Shown: positions 29,223 to 39,274, counted from the first letter of the stretch. The stretch is 64,000 nucleotides of DNA from an uncultured Gammaproteobacteria bacterium (GCA_964522405.1 CAZFTR010000002.1:72032-136031), one strand, 5' to 3'. Notes: generated by a model from the letters alone, not told the origin. Made by a program: numbers and translations.

Positions 29223-29311
29223 GGTGGACTTGGGGCCGGTAATTTAATCGGTTAAAATCCAGCCTTTAGCAAGCTATAATCCGGGTTCAAATCCCGGTCG
29301 GTCCACTACCA
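29223..29311 (+). tRNA. tRNA-like element with atypical geometry; possible unusual tRNA or tRNA pseudogene
   Basis: 7-bp acceptor helix GGTGGAC/GTCCACT, then A and encoded CCA. The T-arm CCGGG-TTCAAAT-CCCGG is canonical, but 3 extra nt separate it from the acceptor and the D and anticodon arms are non-canonical. An own terminator lies at 29326-29352. Confidence 0.3.
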
Positions 29312-29597
29312 AAGACACTCTATTCTCAGGGTGTTTTTTGTACCCACCCCCTTGCCAAATAACTAAAATTTGTTATAATGGCTCTGTCTTCAAATACCAT
29401 TTTGGCTGAATTTACCATTTTTTCATTAAAATCTTTTCAAATTTTTTTAGCTTAACAAAGGTTAAGCCGCAAAAATTGTTCAAAGATTTTAATTGAAAAA
29501 AATGAAAAATTCATCTCAAAAGCGTATTTAAAGACAGCGCCATATCGCTATCTTTAAAAAAGACAAATTTTTAATTTATATACTTAACTCAAACGTT

Positions 29598-31583
29598 ATG
29601 CATATCTGGCTAACTCTAGTGCCAGCAATTCTGGCCATTTTATATGGTTTTTTCTTAATTCAATGGATCAAAAAGCAGCCTGCAGGAGGAGACAAAATGC
29701 AGACAATTGCCAAAGCTATCCAAGAGGGCGCAAAAGCTTATCTTGGGCGCCAATATAAGACAATTGCAGTAGTTGCAATAGCGGTATTTGCACTACTTTG
29801 GTTTTTTATTGATCTAAACACAGGAATTGGATTTCTAGTTGGTGCAGTTTTATCTGGTCTTGCTGGATATCTGGGCATGACAATTTCTGTTCAAGCAAAT
29901 GTTCGAACTACAGAAGCTGCCAAAAAAGGTCTAAAAGAAGCTTTATCAATGGCTGTAAAAGGTGGATCTGTAACAGGTTTACTAGTTGTGGGTCTAGGAC
30001 TTCTGGGTGTTAGTGGATTTTACCTAATTTTCAAAGATGTAAATGCTCTTATCGGACTTGCATTTGGTGGAAGTCTTATTTCAATCTTTGCTCGTATTGG
30101 TGGTGGAATTTTTACCAAAGCTGCAGATGTTGGAGCTGACCTGGTAGGAAAAGTTGAAGCTGGAATTCCAGAAGATGATCCACGAAACCCGGCAGTTATT
30201 GCAGACAATGTGGGGGACAATGTCGGGGATTGTGCTGGAATGGCAGCTGACTTGTTTGAAACGTACGCTGTTACTGCTGTTGCTGCAATTCTTCTTGGAT
30301 ACTTAACTTTTAACAACAAAGAATCTGCAATTTTTTATCCACTTGTAATTGGTGGAGTATCAATTATTGCTTCAATCATTGGAACCTTCTTTATAAAACT
30401 TGGAAAAAAGAAAAATATAATGGGAGCCCTTTACAAGGGTCTAATAGTTTCAGCAATTCTTTCACTTGGGGCTTTCTGGTTTGTAAGTGATTGGTTTGCT
30501 CCAGGACTTGAAATGAAAACAACAGCGCTTTTCTACAGTGCTCTTGTTGGTGTAATTCTTACAGCACTTATGGTTTGGATTACAGAGTATTATACTTCTA
30601 CAGAATTTAAACCGGTAAAATCAATTGCAAAAGCAAGTGAAACAGGACATGGTACAAATGTAATTGCAGGTCTTGCTGTTTCTATGAAAGCAACCGCTCT
30701 CCCAGTAATTTTCATTGCAGCTGGAATGCTCGTAGCTTTTTCATTTGCAGGTTTGTATGGAGTTGCAATCGCAGCTATGGCCATGCTTTCCCTGACAGGA
30801 ATTATTGTAACAATTGATTCATATGGTCCTATTACTGATAATGCTGGTGGAATTGCTGAGATGGCAGAGCTTGGTGAAAGTGTCCGCGCTGTAACTGATC
30901 CACTTGACGCAGTTGGAAACACAACAAAAGCAGTTACCAAAGGATATGCAATCGGAAGTGCTGCTCTTGCTGCGCTTGTTTTATTTGCTGATTTTACGCA
31001 CAAGCTTACTGAAAATGGAATGGATACGGTTTTCAGAATTGACGATCCAAATGTACTTGTGGGATTATTTATTGGTGGACTTCTTCCGTACTTGTTCGGT
31101 GCTTACCTGATGGAATCAGTTGGAAAAGTTGCTGGATCTGTTGTAAAAGAAGTTAGAAGACAGTTCAAAGAAATTAAGGGAATTATGCAAGGTGAAGGGA
31201 AACCGGATTATGCAACTTGTGTAGATATTGTAACCAAGGGTGCAATCGGACAAATGGTTTTACCAGCCCTTATCCCGATTGTGGCTCCGATCTTGGTTGG
31301 TGTATTCCTGGGCGCAGCTGCACTTGGTGGATTACTTGTTGGTACAATTGTAACAGGAATATTTGTAGCACTATCCATGACAGCAGGTGGTGGAGCTTGG
31401 GACAATGCCAAGAAATATATTGAAGACGGAAATCATGGTGGAAAGGGAAGCGATGCCCATAAAGCCGCAGTAACAGGGGATACAGTTGGTGATCCCTACA
31501 AAGACACTGCTGGTCCTGCTATTAATCCTATGATTAAGGTGGCAAATATTGTTGCACTGCTTATTGTTGGATTATTGAAGTAG
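29598..31583 (+). CDS. hppA: membrane-bound H+/Na+-translocating pyrophosphatase
   Basis: 661 aa polytopic protein with GGG(I/L)[16 protein letters not shown] and DNVGDNVGD motifs diagnostic of the family. Confidence 0.9.
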   Translation: MHIWLTLVPAILAILYGFFLIQWIKKQPAGGDKMQTIAKAIQEGAKAYLGRQYKTIAVVAIAVFALLWFFIDLNTGIGFLVGAVLSGLAGYLGMTISVQANVRTTEAAKKGLKEALSMAVKGGSVTGLLVVGLGLLGVSGFYLIFKDVNALIGLAFGGSLISIFARIGGGIFTKAADVGADLVGKVEAGIPEDDPRNPAVIADNVGDNVGDCAGMAADLFETYAVTAVAAILLGYLTFNNKESAIFYPLVIGGVSIIASIIGTFFIKLGKKKNIMGALYKGLIVSAILSLGAFWFVSDWFAPGLEMKTTALFYSALVGVILTALMVWITEYYTSTEFKPVKSIAKASETGHGTNVIAGLAVSMKATALPVIFIAAGMLVAFSFAGLYGVAIAAMAMLSLTGIIVTIDSYGPITDNAGGIAEMAELGESVRAVTDPLDAVGNTTKAVTKGYAIGSAALAALVLFADFTHKLTENGMDTVFRIDDPNVLVGLFIGGLLPYLFGAYLMESVGKVAGSVVKEVRRQFKEIKGIMQGEGKPDYATCVDIVTKGAIGQMVLPALIPIVAPILVGVFLGAAALGGLLVGTIVTGIFVALSMTAGGGAWDNAKKYIEDGNHGGKGSDAHKAAVTGDTVGDPYKDTAGPAINPMIKVANIVALLIVGLLK

Positions 31584-31608
31584 AATTTATAGCTTAAAAC
31601 TACTAAAA

Positions 31609-31635
31609 CTCTGCTAAATTTAGCAGAGTTTTTTT
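31609..31635 (+). terminator. intrinsic terminator of hppA
   Basis: ctctgctaaa/tttagcagag perfect palindrome followed by T7. Confidence 0.7.
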
Positions 31636-31644
31636 GATCATATC

Positions 31645-31673
31645 TTGACAAAACAGGATTTTTGTGTTATATT
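31645..31673 (+). promoter_or_regulatory. consensus promoter of GC-rich cassette 1
   Basis: TTGACA, 17 nt spacer, TATATT. Confidence 0.5.
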
Positions 31674-31796
31674 AATTTGTTATTTTCAGGACTTCGTTCC
31701 AGCTTTTTAGTTGCTTTTTTAGGCAGTTGAAAAGCCGGAGCGGAGAATAGATAGAGAAAACGTTGCGGTCGCCGGTGCCGCAGGAGGGAAGAAGAT

Positions 31797-32240
31797 ATGG
31801 AGAGGTTGCTTAACCTCTGGGACAATTTCGCCGACTGGCGCTGGACCCCGGTCATCGGGATCTTGGTGGCTCTCGTGCTCATCGTCGGCCTCATTCGCGA
31901 GGCGTCGTACATGATCGGGATGGAGCCGATCATCGGTGAGCAGTTCGCGGCCGAGGTCGGTGCTTCCTACTGTCAGGCGGCTCACGCCGACCCGGAGTGG
32001 GGAGCTGCTGAGCTCCGGGCCTGTGGCGCGCGGCTCGAGCAGCTGGTCACGCCCGAGGAGTGGGACGAGCTCAAGCCGACGATCATCTCGGTCTACTCCG
32101 AGGAATGCGTTCCTGTCAACCTCGGCCTCTGCGCTGAGATCGAGGCTCGGTACAAGACGCTCGAGGACGATCCTCATCTCGGAATGCTCGTCGTGGCCCG
32201 CGACTTCGTCTGGCTGCGACGCGGCCTGTACGGAGACTAG
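31797..32240 (+). CDS. GC-rich small membrane-anchored protein (147 aa), unknown function
   Basis: GGAGGGAAG Shine-Dalgarno sequence 6 nt upstream, one N-terminal TM helix, four Cys in the soluble part, about 60% GC. Overlapping alternative-frame ORFs were rejected. Confidence 0.5.
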   Translation: MERLLNLWDNFADWRWTPVIGILVALVLIVGLIREASYMIGMEPIIGEQFAAEVGASYCQAAHADPEWGAAELRACGARLEQLVTPEEWDELKPTIISVYSEECVPVNLGLCAEIEARYKTLEDDPHLGMLVVARDFVWLRRGLYGD

Positions 32241-32277
32241 GCCGCGAGCCAGGTTCGAACGTTCATCTCGCGTTGGT

Positions 32278-32390
32278 AGGCGAGATTCTGTTCTTTTCTT
32301 TTACGCTTTCATTGGAGACGAAGGCGTTCCCGGCGACAACTACCAGTCGCCATCGGAACTATGTTTTTTTGAAAAAGAAAATATTGACCA
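32278..32390 (+). repeat. 110-bp 3' repeat module, copy 1 (nested hairpins plus T-run; terminator-like)
   Basis: Nearly identical to 32842-32953. Contains GTTCCcGGCGACaactaccaGTCGCCatcGGAAC followed by tatgttttttt. Confidence 0.7.
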
Positions 32391-32434
32391 ATAAAAAATT
32401 GCTTTCTTAAGCATTTTTTTATTTTCTACAGGTC

Positions 32435-32463
32435 TTGACAAAAGCTAAAATATATGTTATAGT
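32435..32463 (+). promoter_or_regulatory. consensus promoter of GC-rich cassette 2
   Basis: TTGACA, 17 nt spacer, TATAGT. The leader shares ttgttatttt..gttccag with the cassette 1 leader. Confidence 0.5.
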
Positions 32464-32534
32464 CTTTTGTTATTTTTTGTTCCAGTCTAGTAGTTACTTA
32501 TTAGGTGCTTATTAGATCGGAGTAAGGAGCCATC

Positions 32535-32840
32535 ATGGACTTGTCGGTTCGTTTGGATCGCTGGATTCTGGTATGGGTCATTGCTTCCGCGCTGGTCGTC
32601 TTCGGCGTGCTGGTGTTCTCCACCAACGATTGGATGGAGTTCAACAGCGTAAACGTTGAGATCGACTTCGTTGCCGTCAGACTGGCCTCGGTCGTAGACG
32701 ACAACTCCGAGCAGGAGCAGCCGACGGCCAGTCCGACCGTCTACGCTCTGCGTCCCGGAATCCGTCCCGGGATCAGGATGTGGGACCATTCGGCCCACGA
32801 GTATCGCGTGGTAGCACGACTCGACCACCCGCGCCGGTAG
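32535..32840 (+). CDS. GC-rich small membrane-anchored protein (101 aa), unknown function
   Basis: TAAGGAG Shine-Dalgarno sequence 6 nt upstream, N-terminal TM helix, PGIRPGIR repeat, about 58% GC. Confidence 0.5.
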   Translation: MDLSVRLDRWILVWVIASALVVFGVLVFSTNDWMEFNSVNVEIDFVAVRLASVVDDNSEQEQPTASPTVYALRPGIRPGIRMWDHSAHEYRVVARLDHPRR

Positions 32841-32841
32841 G

Positions 32842-32953
32842 CGGGATTCTGTTCTTTTCTTTTACGCTTTCATTGGAGACGAAGGCGTTCCCGGCGACAA
32901 CTACCAGTCGCCACCGGAACTATGTTTTTTTGAAAAAGAAAATATTGACCACA
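32842..32953 (+). repeat. 110-bp 3' repeat module, copy 2
   Basis: Direct repeat of 32278-32390 with 2 to 3 mismatches, followed by a further hairpin terminator at 32959-32982. Confidence 0.7.
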
Positions 32954-33291
32954 TAAAAAACACGTGTAAACCGTGTTTTTTTGTTTTGGTAAATTTCCTT
33001 GCCTCGCCCCGATTCTCACCGGGGCGAAGCTGGTTGGCGACCTTGGTCGCTCAGGTGATGCAGGATCCGCCGATCAGGAGACCGGCAAAAGCAAAGGCCA
33101 GCGCTACGACCCTGATCATGTGCCAGAAGTCGGTCGGCTGTCCGTAACTGCGTCCACTCCGATTGCTCAAAACTTGTCCTCCCAGACTACATTTTAGACC
33201 TTTTTTGCCTAATAGGTCAAATAAGGCTAAATCATTGACTTTTTAGGCATTTTAGAATATAATCAATCCACACTTATAAAAATTCAAATTT

Positions 33292-35322
33292 ATGAACGTT
33301 ACTGAATTAGCCAGAAAATTACGAGTTAATACCAAAGAACTTTTGGAAATTTTGCCTGAGCATGGTTTTGATATAGGAAAAAAGGCTATTAAGATCGATG
33401 ATAAGGTTGCGCAACAAGTTATGCGTAAATGGAGATTTATAAAAAAAGAACTTGAAGAGAGAAAAGCCAAAGAACTTGAAGAGAGAAAAGCCAAAGAAAA
33501 AGAACTTCGAAAAGAAATGGGGCAAACTGTTAAATTGCCTTCTTTTATTACTGTTCGAGAATTTGCTGAAAAAATGGAGCTTCCAACCACTCAAGTTATT
33601 ATGGAGCTGATGAAAAATGGAATTCTTGCCAATCAAAACCAAGATATTGATTATGAAACAGCAGCAATTATTGCCGAGGAGCTGGGATTTGGAGTTGAGC
33701 AGGCTGGATCAGATTCAGATCAAGTACAACAAGATTCTTCGAGAGAAGAAGATTTGGAAAAAGCAATTGCTTCAGGAGATGATCGACAAACAAGGCCCCC
33801 GGTTATTGTTATTATGGGTCATGTTGATCATGGTAAAACTTTACTTTTAGATACTATTAGAAAAGCTGATGTTATTTCCGGAGAAGCTGGGGGAATTACT
33901 CAGCATATCGGGGCTTACCAAACTATTTGGGAAGATCCTAAAACAAAGGAAAAAAGAGCAATCAGTTTTATTGATACTCCGGGACATGAAGCTTTTACTA
34001 TGATGAGAAGTCGTGGTGCAAAAGTTGCAGATATTGCCATTTTGATTGTTGCAGCTGACGATGGTGTTAAACCACAGACCAAAGAAGCAATTGATATTAT
34101 CAAGGCTGCCAAACTTCCATTTGTGGTGGCTGTAAACAAGATAGATAAGCCAGGCGCTGATCCGCAAAAAGTTAGAACAGAATTATCTCAACATGGAATT
34201 CTTACTGAGGAATGGGGTGGAGATATTCAAATGGTAGATATTTCTGCAAAAGAAAATACAAATATTGATAAATTATTGGATGTTCTTCTTCTTGTTGCAG
34301 ATATGAATGAAGAGTCTATACAAGCCGATGCTTCCATGCCGGCAGCCGGAACTGTAATTGAATCACATGTAGACAAGGGAATGGGCGCTGTTGCAACAGT
34401 GCTGATTCAGTCAGGAACCCTTAAGAAAGGGAATAAATTGGTTGTGAATGGTGAGATCTATGGAAAAGTAAGAGCAATGAAAGATCATCGGGGCGAAGAC
34501 ATGCAGGAGGCAGGTCCATCTGTACCAGCTCAAATTCTTGGATTCAAAGTTGCTCCTGTTGTTGGAGATGTGCTTGATGTTTCAAAATCAGATACTGCCA
34601 GTGAAATTGATGTAAAAAAGAAAAAAGTAGAACAAACCGGAGCTGAGCGCTCAACAGTTCTTGACTCAATGCAATCAGAAGATGAAGATGATGGCGGAAA
34701 GAAAACAATCAATTTGGTTATAAAAGCAGACGTGCTTGGTTCTCTTGAGGCAATTATTGCTTCTCTTTCAAAAATTAAACATCCAGAGGTTGGAATTAAA
34801 ATTATTGGAAAGGGTCTTGGAAATATAACAGAAGACGATGTTAGAAAAGTGGAGGAGCCAAATACCAGTATAGTTGGTTTTAATGTAAATGCCACTCCTG
34901 TAGCAAAAGACATGATTCAGGAAAAAGATATCCACTTTTTGCAGTACTCTGTTATTTATGATTTAATTAATTGGGTCAAACAAGAGCTTGGAAAGCTTCT
35001 GGAAGACGAAAAAATTATAACAGAACTTGGAAAATTAAAAGTTTTGGCAATTTTCAAAAAAGAAAAAGGCTCAATGATTGTTGGTGCAAAAGTAGAAGAT
35101 GGTAAAGCTATCAAAAAAGAAAAAGTAAGGGTAAAAAGAGAAGGTGTTGTTATGGGAACTGGAGAAATAAAAGAATTAAAAGTTGGGCAGCAAGTTTCAA
35201 AAGAAGTTTCAGTTGGAACAGAATGTGGACTTGAAATTATAACTAGAGAGAAAATTCAAGAAGGAGATGTTTTAGAAGTTTACAAAGAAGAATCAAAAAC
35301 AAGAGATCTAGAGACTATTTAA
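33292..35322 (+). CDS. infB: translation initiation factor IF-2
   Basis: IF2 N-terminal domain, G domain (GHVDHGKTTLLD, DTPGHEAF, NKID) and C-terminal beta-barrels. Confidence 0.9.
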   Translation: MNVTELARKLRVNTKELLEILPEHGFDIGKKAIKIDDKVAQQVMRKWRFIKKELEERKAKELEERKAKEKELRKEMGQTVKLPSFITVREFAEKMELPTTQVIMELMKNGILANQNQDIDYETAAIIAEELGFGVEQAGSDSDQVQQDSSREEDLEKAIASGDDRQTRPPVIVIMGHVDHGKTLLLDTIRKADVISGEAGGITQHIGAYQTIWEDPKTKEKRAISFIDTPGHEAFTMMRSRGAKVADIAILIVAADDGVKPQTKEAIDIIKAAKLPFVVAVNKIDKPGADPQKVRTELSQHGILTEEWGGDIQMVDISAKENTNIDKLLDVLLLVADMNEESIQADASMPAAGTVIESHVDKGMGAVATVLIQSGTLKKGNKLVVNGEIYGKVRAMKDHRGEDMQEAGPSVPAQILGFKVAPVVGDVLDVSKSDTASEIDVKKKKVEQTGAERSTVLDSMQSEDEDDGGKKTINLVIKADVLGSLEAIIASLSKIKHPEVGIKIIGKGLGNITEDDVRKVEEPNTSIVGFNVNATPVAKDMIQEKDIHFLQYSVIYDLINWVKQELGKLLEDEKIITELGKLKVLAIFKKEKGSMIVGAKVEDGKAIKKEKVRVKREGVVMGTGEIKELKVGQQVSKEVSVGTECGLEIITREKIQEGDVLEVYKEESKTRDLETI

Positions 35323-35330
35323 AATCTTCT

Positions 35331-36155
35331 ATGGTTGTGGAACGAGAAAATCTACCATCTGGTGAACAAAAATCAGAAATTAAAAAACCAAAATTAGAAG
35401 TTGTTTCTCAAGGACCTTCTGACCAGTCTGAACCGGTAGCGCCGATGAATATTGATCGCGGTACTGTTCGTGAATCTCGAGTAACTCTTGTGAAAGAAAA
35501 TGGTGGCTATCTGGGTCAGGCAGAGGTTGGAAAAGCAATTGTGCAAAAAACAGTTTTTGAGCCTAGGGAAGCAGATCTTGAGCCAGGAGAGAGTAAGGAA
35601 CAAGCATTTGCTGAAAAAATAAATGAGTCCGAAACACCAGCTGAGGAAGCTAGAGAAATAAAACAGGAAATACAAAAAGAACATATTGAGGCTGCAGTTG
35701 AATTGTTTTGTCTTGAATATTATAAACGTTCAGGCGCTGCTGTGTATGAGGCAAAAACCATTACTCTTGGAGAGCGCGGAACCCAGAATAGGACGGCTGA
35801 TTTAACTGGGGAGGTTAGCCATAGGACAGAATTTCAATACGTAATTTCAAGAAGTGGAAAGAAACAAATGAAAGATCTTCTAAGTAGTGATTTGCCAGGA
35901 TTTATTACTAGAGATGGTTATAGATTTGATTTAGACCCCACAAAAGGAGATCTGCTAGGAGACAGAGGATTTACTGTTACTTTAAATATTACTGATCAAT
36001 TTGGAAATGAAAGACCGATAGATATTAATTTTTTCTACGGTGATGATGGAACTTCTGAAGACGAATCGGAAGATGAGTCAAAGATTGTAAATTTGAGTGA
36101 AAGAAGAGACCAAAAAAGAGAAGATGCAGATCATGATCAGGCTTTGGCAGCTTAA
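35331..36155 (+). CDS. hypothetical protein
   Basis: 274 aa acidic protein with no recognisable motifs. The ORF sits downstream of infB. Confidence 0.45.
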   Translation: MVVERENLPSGEQKSEIKKPKLEVVSQGPSDQSEPVAPMNIDRGTVRESRVTLVKENGGYLGQAEVGKAIVQKTVFEPREADLEPGESKEQAFAEKINESETPAEEAREIKQEIQKEHIEAAVELFCLEYYKRSGAAVYEAKTITLGERGTQNRTADLTGEVSHRTEFQYVISRSGKKQMKDLLSSDLPGFITRDGYRFDLDPTKGDLLGDRGFTVTLNITDQFGNERPIDINFFYGDDGTSEDESEDESKIVNLSERRDQKREDADHDQALAA

Positions 36156-36186
36156 TTTAAATAAATTTATTAATTTTATAGAAAAT

Positions 36187-36513
36187 ATGGCAGAATTAAA
36201 TATTACAGATGCAAATTTTGAAGAGGAAGTTCTTAAATCAGAAGTTCCTGTTTTATTGGATTTTTGGGCTCCATGGTGCGGTCCTTGTCAGATGATGGGT
36301 CCAATTATCGAAGAGCTTGCAGCTGAATATGAAGCTGGAAAAGTAAAAATCGCAAAATTAAATGTAGATGAAAATCCGGCAACAGCTGGAAAATATCAGG
36401 TTATGAGTATTCCAACTTTTATTTTATTCAAAGGCGGTGAAGCAGCTGACAAGATGACCGGTGGAATTCCAAAAGAAAAATTAAAAGATTTTGTTGATAA
36501 AGGAATTGCTTAA
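36187..36513 (+). CDS. trxA: thioredoxin
   Basis: WAPWCGPCQ active site. The start is reassigned to MAELNIT, giving 108 aa, instead of the upstream 36097 extension. Confidence 0.85.
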   Translation: MAELNITDANFEEEVLKSEVPVLLDFWAPWCGPCQMMGPIIEELAAEYEAGKVKIAKLNVDENPATAGKYQVMSIPTFILFKGGEAADKMTGGIPKEKLKDFVDKGIA

Positions 36514-36559
36514 AAAAATATTTATAAAAAAGCTCTGTGAAACAGGGCTTTTTTATTTG

Positions 36560-36736
36560 TCAAAGTCTCAATAGAGATATTTCTTTTCGTATAGGTTCAA
36601 GTTCATTTCGAATTGTATCGGCAATTTCTTTTTTTGCTTTCCAAACTATGGCAAGGAGAGCTGAAAAAATAGAAATAATAGCAATTAAAACTGATAATGC
36701 ATTTACATTAAATGAAATTACAGTTTCTGGATTCAT
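36560..36736 (-). CDS. possible small membrane protein (58 aa)
   Basis: Minus-strand ORF MNPETVISFNVNALSVLIAIISIFSALLAIVWKAKKEIADTIRNELEPIRKEISLLRL with one TM helix. It ends at the bidirectional hairpin at 36520-36548. No clear SD is present. Confidence 0.25.
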   Translation of the reverse strand: MNPETVISFNVNALSVLIAIISIFSALLAIVWKAKKEIADTIRNELEPIRKEISLLRL

Positions 36737-36900
36737 AAACAGTTTATTTAATAGTAAATTTAGTGTAACAGACTTAGTATAGCATACTCCATTTACTATT
36801 TTTTTGTTTTATTAAAAAAAATTAAACTCAGATTAATTTAGTTGTGGTTTTAAGTATTTTTTTATATACTGAAAATATTACTCATTAATAAAATATTTAT

Positions 36901-37833
36901 ATGAAAAAAGAATATAAGATTTTTGGATATTTTTTGCTTGCCATTGCAGCTATTTTCGTGGTTGTATTTGTTATCAATGCTTTTTCTAGTAGAGGTGGTC
37001 TTGGGGTCAGTCCTGGTTATGGTCCAAAAGTGTTATCCAAGCAATCAGTTGTTGAGTATGGAGAAGCAATGCCAGCACTCTACGCTTCTCAAGATGAAGA
37101 TTTTTATGATGACGGTACATTTGAGTCAGAATCAGCGGTTGACATGGATGAGCGAATGATAATTAAAACTTCAGAACTTTCAGTTGTGGTTGAAGATGTC
37201 GCAAGTTCAGTTAAATCAATTACTAAATTTGCTACAGAAAATAATGGTTTTGTGGTTTCAAGTGATATAAGTAAATATAATCAGATTCCTTCGGCAACAG
37301 TTGTAATTCGAATTCCATCAGAGGTATTTGATTCAGGAGTAGAAGAAATCAAAAAAATAGGAGATGTTAAAAGTCAGTTTATAAAAGGTGATGACGTAAC
37401 AGAAGAATATGTAGATTTGGACGCTCAAATTAAAAATTTAAAAGCAACAGAAGAGCAATTTCTTGCGATTATGAAAAAAGCAGTCAAAATCGAAGATATT
37501 TTGGCAGTTCAAAGAGAGTTAAGCAATGTTAGATCAAATATAGAGAGAATTGAAGGAAGAATGAAATACTTGCGAGAGAGTGTGAAACTTTCTACTATCA
37601 CAATTCATCTTTCTAGTGATCCGGCATCACTTCCAGTTGTTGATCAAGAAGATAAATGGAAGCCGCTCGCCACTATCAAAGATGCAGTACGCGGACTTTT
37701 TGATAGTTTGAAAGTGTTTGCAGATTTTGTGATTTGGTTTGTAGTTTACATTCCAGTATTTGTGATCTACGCAGCACTTTTTTATCTGTTGTATAGATTT
37801 GGATTTTGGGTTTTTTACAAAATTAAAAAATAA
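36901..37833 (+). CDS. DUF4349-like membrane protein (N-terminal TM, central coiled-coil, C-terminal TM)
   Basis: Architecture and length match DUF4349 proteins. The assignment is from memory of the family, not an alignment. Confidence 0.45.
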   Translation: MKKEYKIFGYFLLAIAAIFVVVFVINAFSSRGGLGVSPGYGPKVLSKQSVVEYGEAMPALYASQDEDFYDDGTFESESAVDMDERMIIKTSELSVVVEDVASSVKSITKFATENNGFVVSSDISKYNQIPSATVVIRIPSEVFDSGVEEIKKIGDVKSQFIKGDDVTEEYVDLDAQIKNLKATEEQFLAIMKKAVKIEDILAVQRELSNVRSNIERIEGRMKYLRESVKLSTITIHLSSDPASLPVVDQEDKWKPLATIKDAVRGLFDSLKVFADFVIWFVVYIPVFVIYAALFYLLYRFGFWVFYKIKK

Positions 37834-37953
37834 TAAAAATGGTCTCGCAAGAGGCCTTTTTTTGTTATTGTAGATAAAATTTAACAACACTTGACTATTT
37901 ATTTTAAAAGCGTAAAATTAAGGGGCTAATTTATTCATTTTTATTTTTTAAAT

Positions 37954-39180
37954 ATGCAAAATCCTTTTGAAAATGCCATGAGTCAGCTAGATAAGGCTGC
38001 AAAGGTTATGAATCTGAATAAAGATACTCATGAGATACTAAGACATCCAGAGAGGGTGCTCACAGTGTCAATTCCAGTAAAGATGGATGATGGGTCAACA
38101 AAAGTATTTACAGGTTTTAGAAGTCAGTACAATAGCGCTCGTGGGCCATACAAGGGTGGAATTCGCTATCACTGGAACGTAACACTTGATGAAGTAAAAG
38201 CCTTGTCATTTTGGATGGCTATGAAATGCGCCGTGGCTGGAATTCCACTAGGTGGAGGGAAGGGTGGAATTATTGTAAATCCAAAAGAGCTTTCAGAGGG
38301 TGAACTTGAAAGATTGTCTCGTGGATTTATCCAGAAAATTTACAGATATATTGGCTCAGACAAAGATATTCCAGCACCTGATGTGTATACAACTCCACAG
38401 ATTATGGCTTGGATGAGAGATGAATATGAAAAACTTGTAGGGCATGAAGATCCAGGAGTTATTACAGGAAAACCACTTGATCAAGGTGGTTCAGAAGGAA
38501 GAGGATATTCAACAGCACAGGGCGGTTTCTATTGTCTTCGCGAGTCAGCCAAGAAACTTGGACTAGAACCAGCAAATACCAAAGTTGCAATTCAGGGATT
38601 TGGGAATGCTGGAAGTTTTATGGCCAAGATTTTATCAAAAGCAGGATACAAAGTAGTGGCAGTTACAGATTCTCGTGGCGGAGTGATGAATATGGAAGGT
38701 CTTGATGTGGAAGCGGTTTCTGCTCACAAAGAACAAACCAGATCAGTAGCTGATGCGCCAGGCACACAGCCGATAAGTAACGAAGAAATTCTTGAGCTGG
38801 ATGTAGATGTGCTTGTCCCTGCAGCACTAGAAAATGTAATTACGCAGGAGAATGCAGCAAATATCAAAGCAAAAGTAATTATTGAGTTGGCAAATGGTCC
38901 AGTAACTCCAGAAGCAGATGAAATTCTTCATTCAAATGGAATTTTGTTTGTGCCAGACATTCTTGCGAATGCTGGAGGAGTAACAGTCAGTTGTTTTGAG
39001 TGGCAGCAAAATGTTCGTGGAGAACATTGGACAGAAGAAGATGTAATTGAAAAATTAGATAAGCTCATGGTAGAAGCTTTTGATGCTGTTTGGGATGTTA
39101 AAGAAAAGCATGGTATTGATATGAGAACAGCTGCTTTTGTGCATGCGACTGGTTTGATCGAAGAGGCGATGAAGAAATAG
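37954..39180 (+). CDS. gdhA: Glu/Leu/Phe/Val dehydrogenase (glutamate dehydrogenase)
   Basis: Catalytic-Lys motif GGGKGG and an NAD(P) fold in the GFGNAG region. The terminator lies at 39200-39226. Confidence 0.85.
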   Translation: MQNPFENAMSQLDKAAKVMNLNKDTHEILRHPERVLTVSIPVKMDDGSTKVFTGFRSQYNSARGPYKGGIRYHWNVTLDEVKALSFWMAMKCAVAGIPLGGGKGGIIVNPKELSEGELERLSRGFIQKIYRYIGSDKDIPAPDVYTTPQIMAWMRDEYEKLVGHEDPGVITGKPLDQGGSEGRGYSTAQGGFYCLRESAKKLGLEPANTKVAIQGFGNAGSFMAKILSKAGYKVVAVTDSRGGVMNMEGLDVEAVSAHKEQTRSVADAPGTQPISNEEILELDVDVLVPAALENVITQENAANIKAKVIIELANGPVTPEADEILHSNGILFVPDILANAGGVTVSCFEWQQNVRGEHWTEEDVIEKLDKLMVEAFDAVWDVKEKHGIDMRTAAFVHATGLIEEAMKK

Positions 39181-39274
39181 AATTAAAGAAATATTAGAAA
39201 ACCCTCAAGAAATTGAGGGTTTTTTGATTGTGGAACCGAAGGTGGACGGAGATCTCCTTCGGTAGGTGTTGTTG

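Noticed and set aside
31719-32394. Alternative-frame ORFs 31719..32177 (-) and 31936..32394 (+) in the GC-rich cassette, and likewise 32487..32828 (-) and 32501..32704 (-) in the second cassette
   Set aside because: Only 31797..32240 and 32535..32840 have an SD-ATG spacing and a TM-containing, protein-like sequence. The others are long frames expected by chance in 60% GC DNA.
36097-36186. Upstream extension of the thioredoxin ORF overlapping the preceding gene
   Set aside because: The extension overlaps the 35331..36155 gene in another frame. A canonical 108-aa thioredoxin starts at 36187 (MAELNIT).
36537-36782. Plus-strand 81-aa ORF after trxA
   Set aside because: It begins inside the trxA terminator hairpin and has no SD. 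The minus-strand 58-aa TM ORF at 36560-36736 is listed instead, at low confidence.
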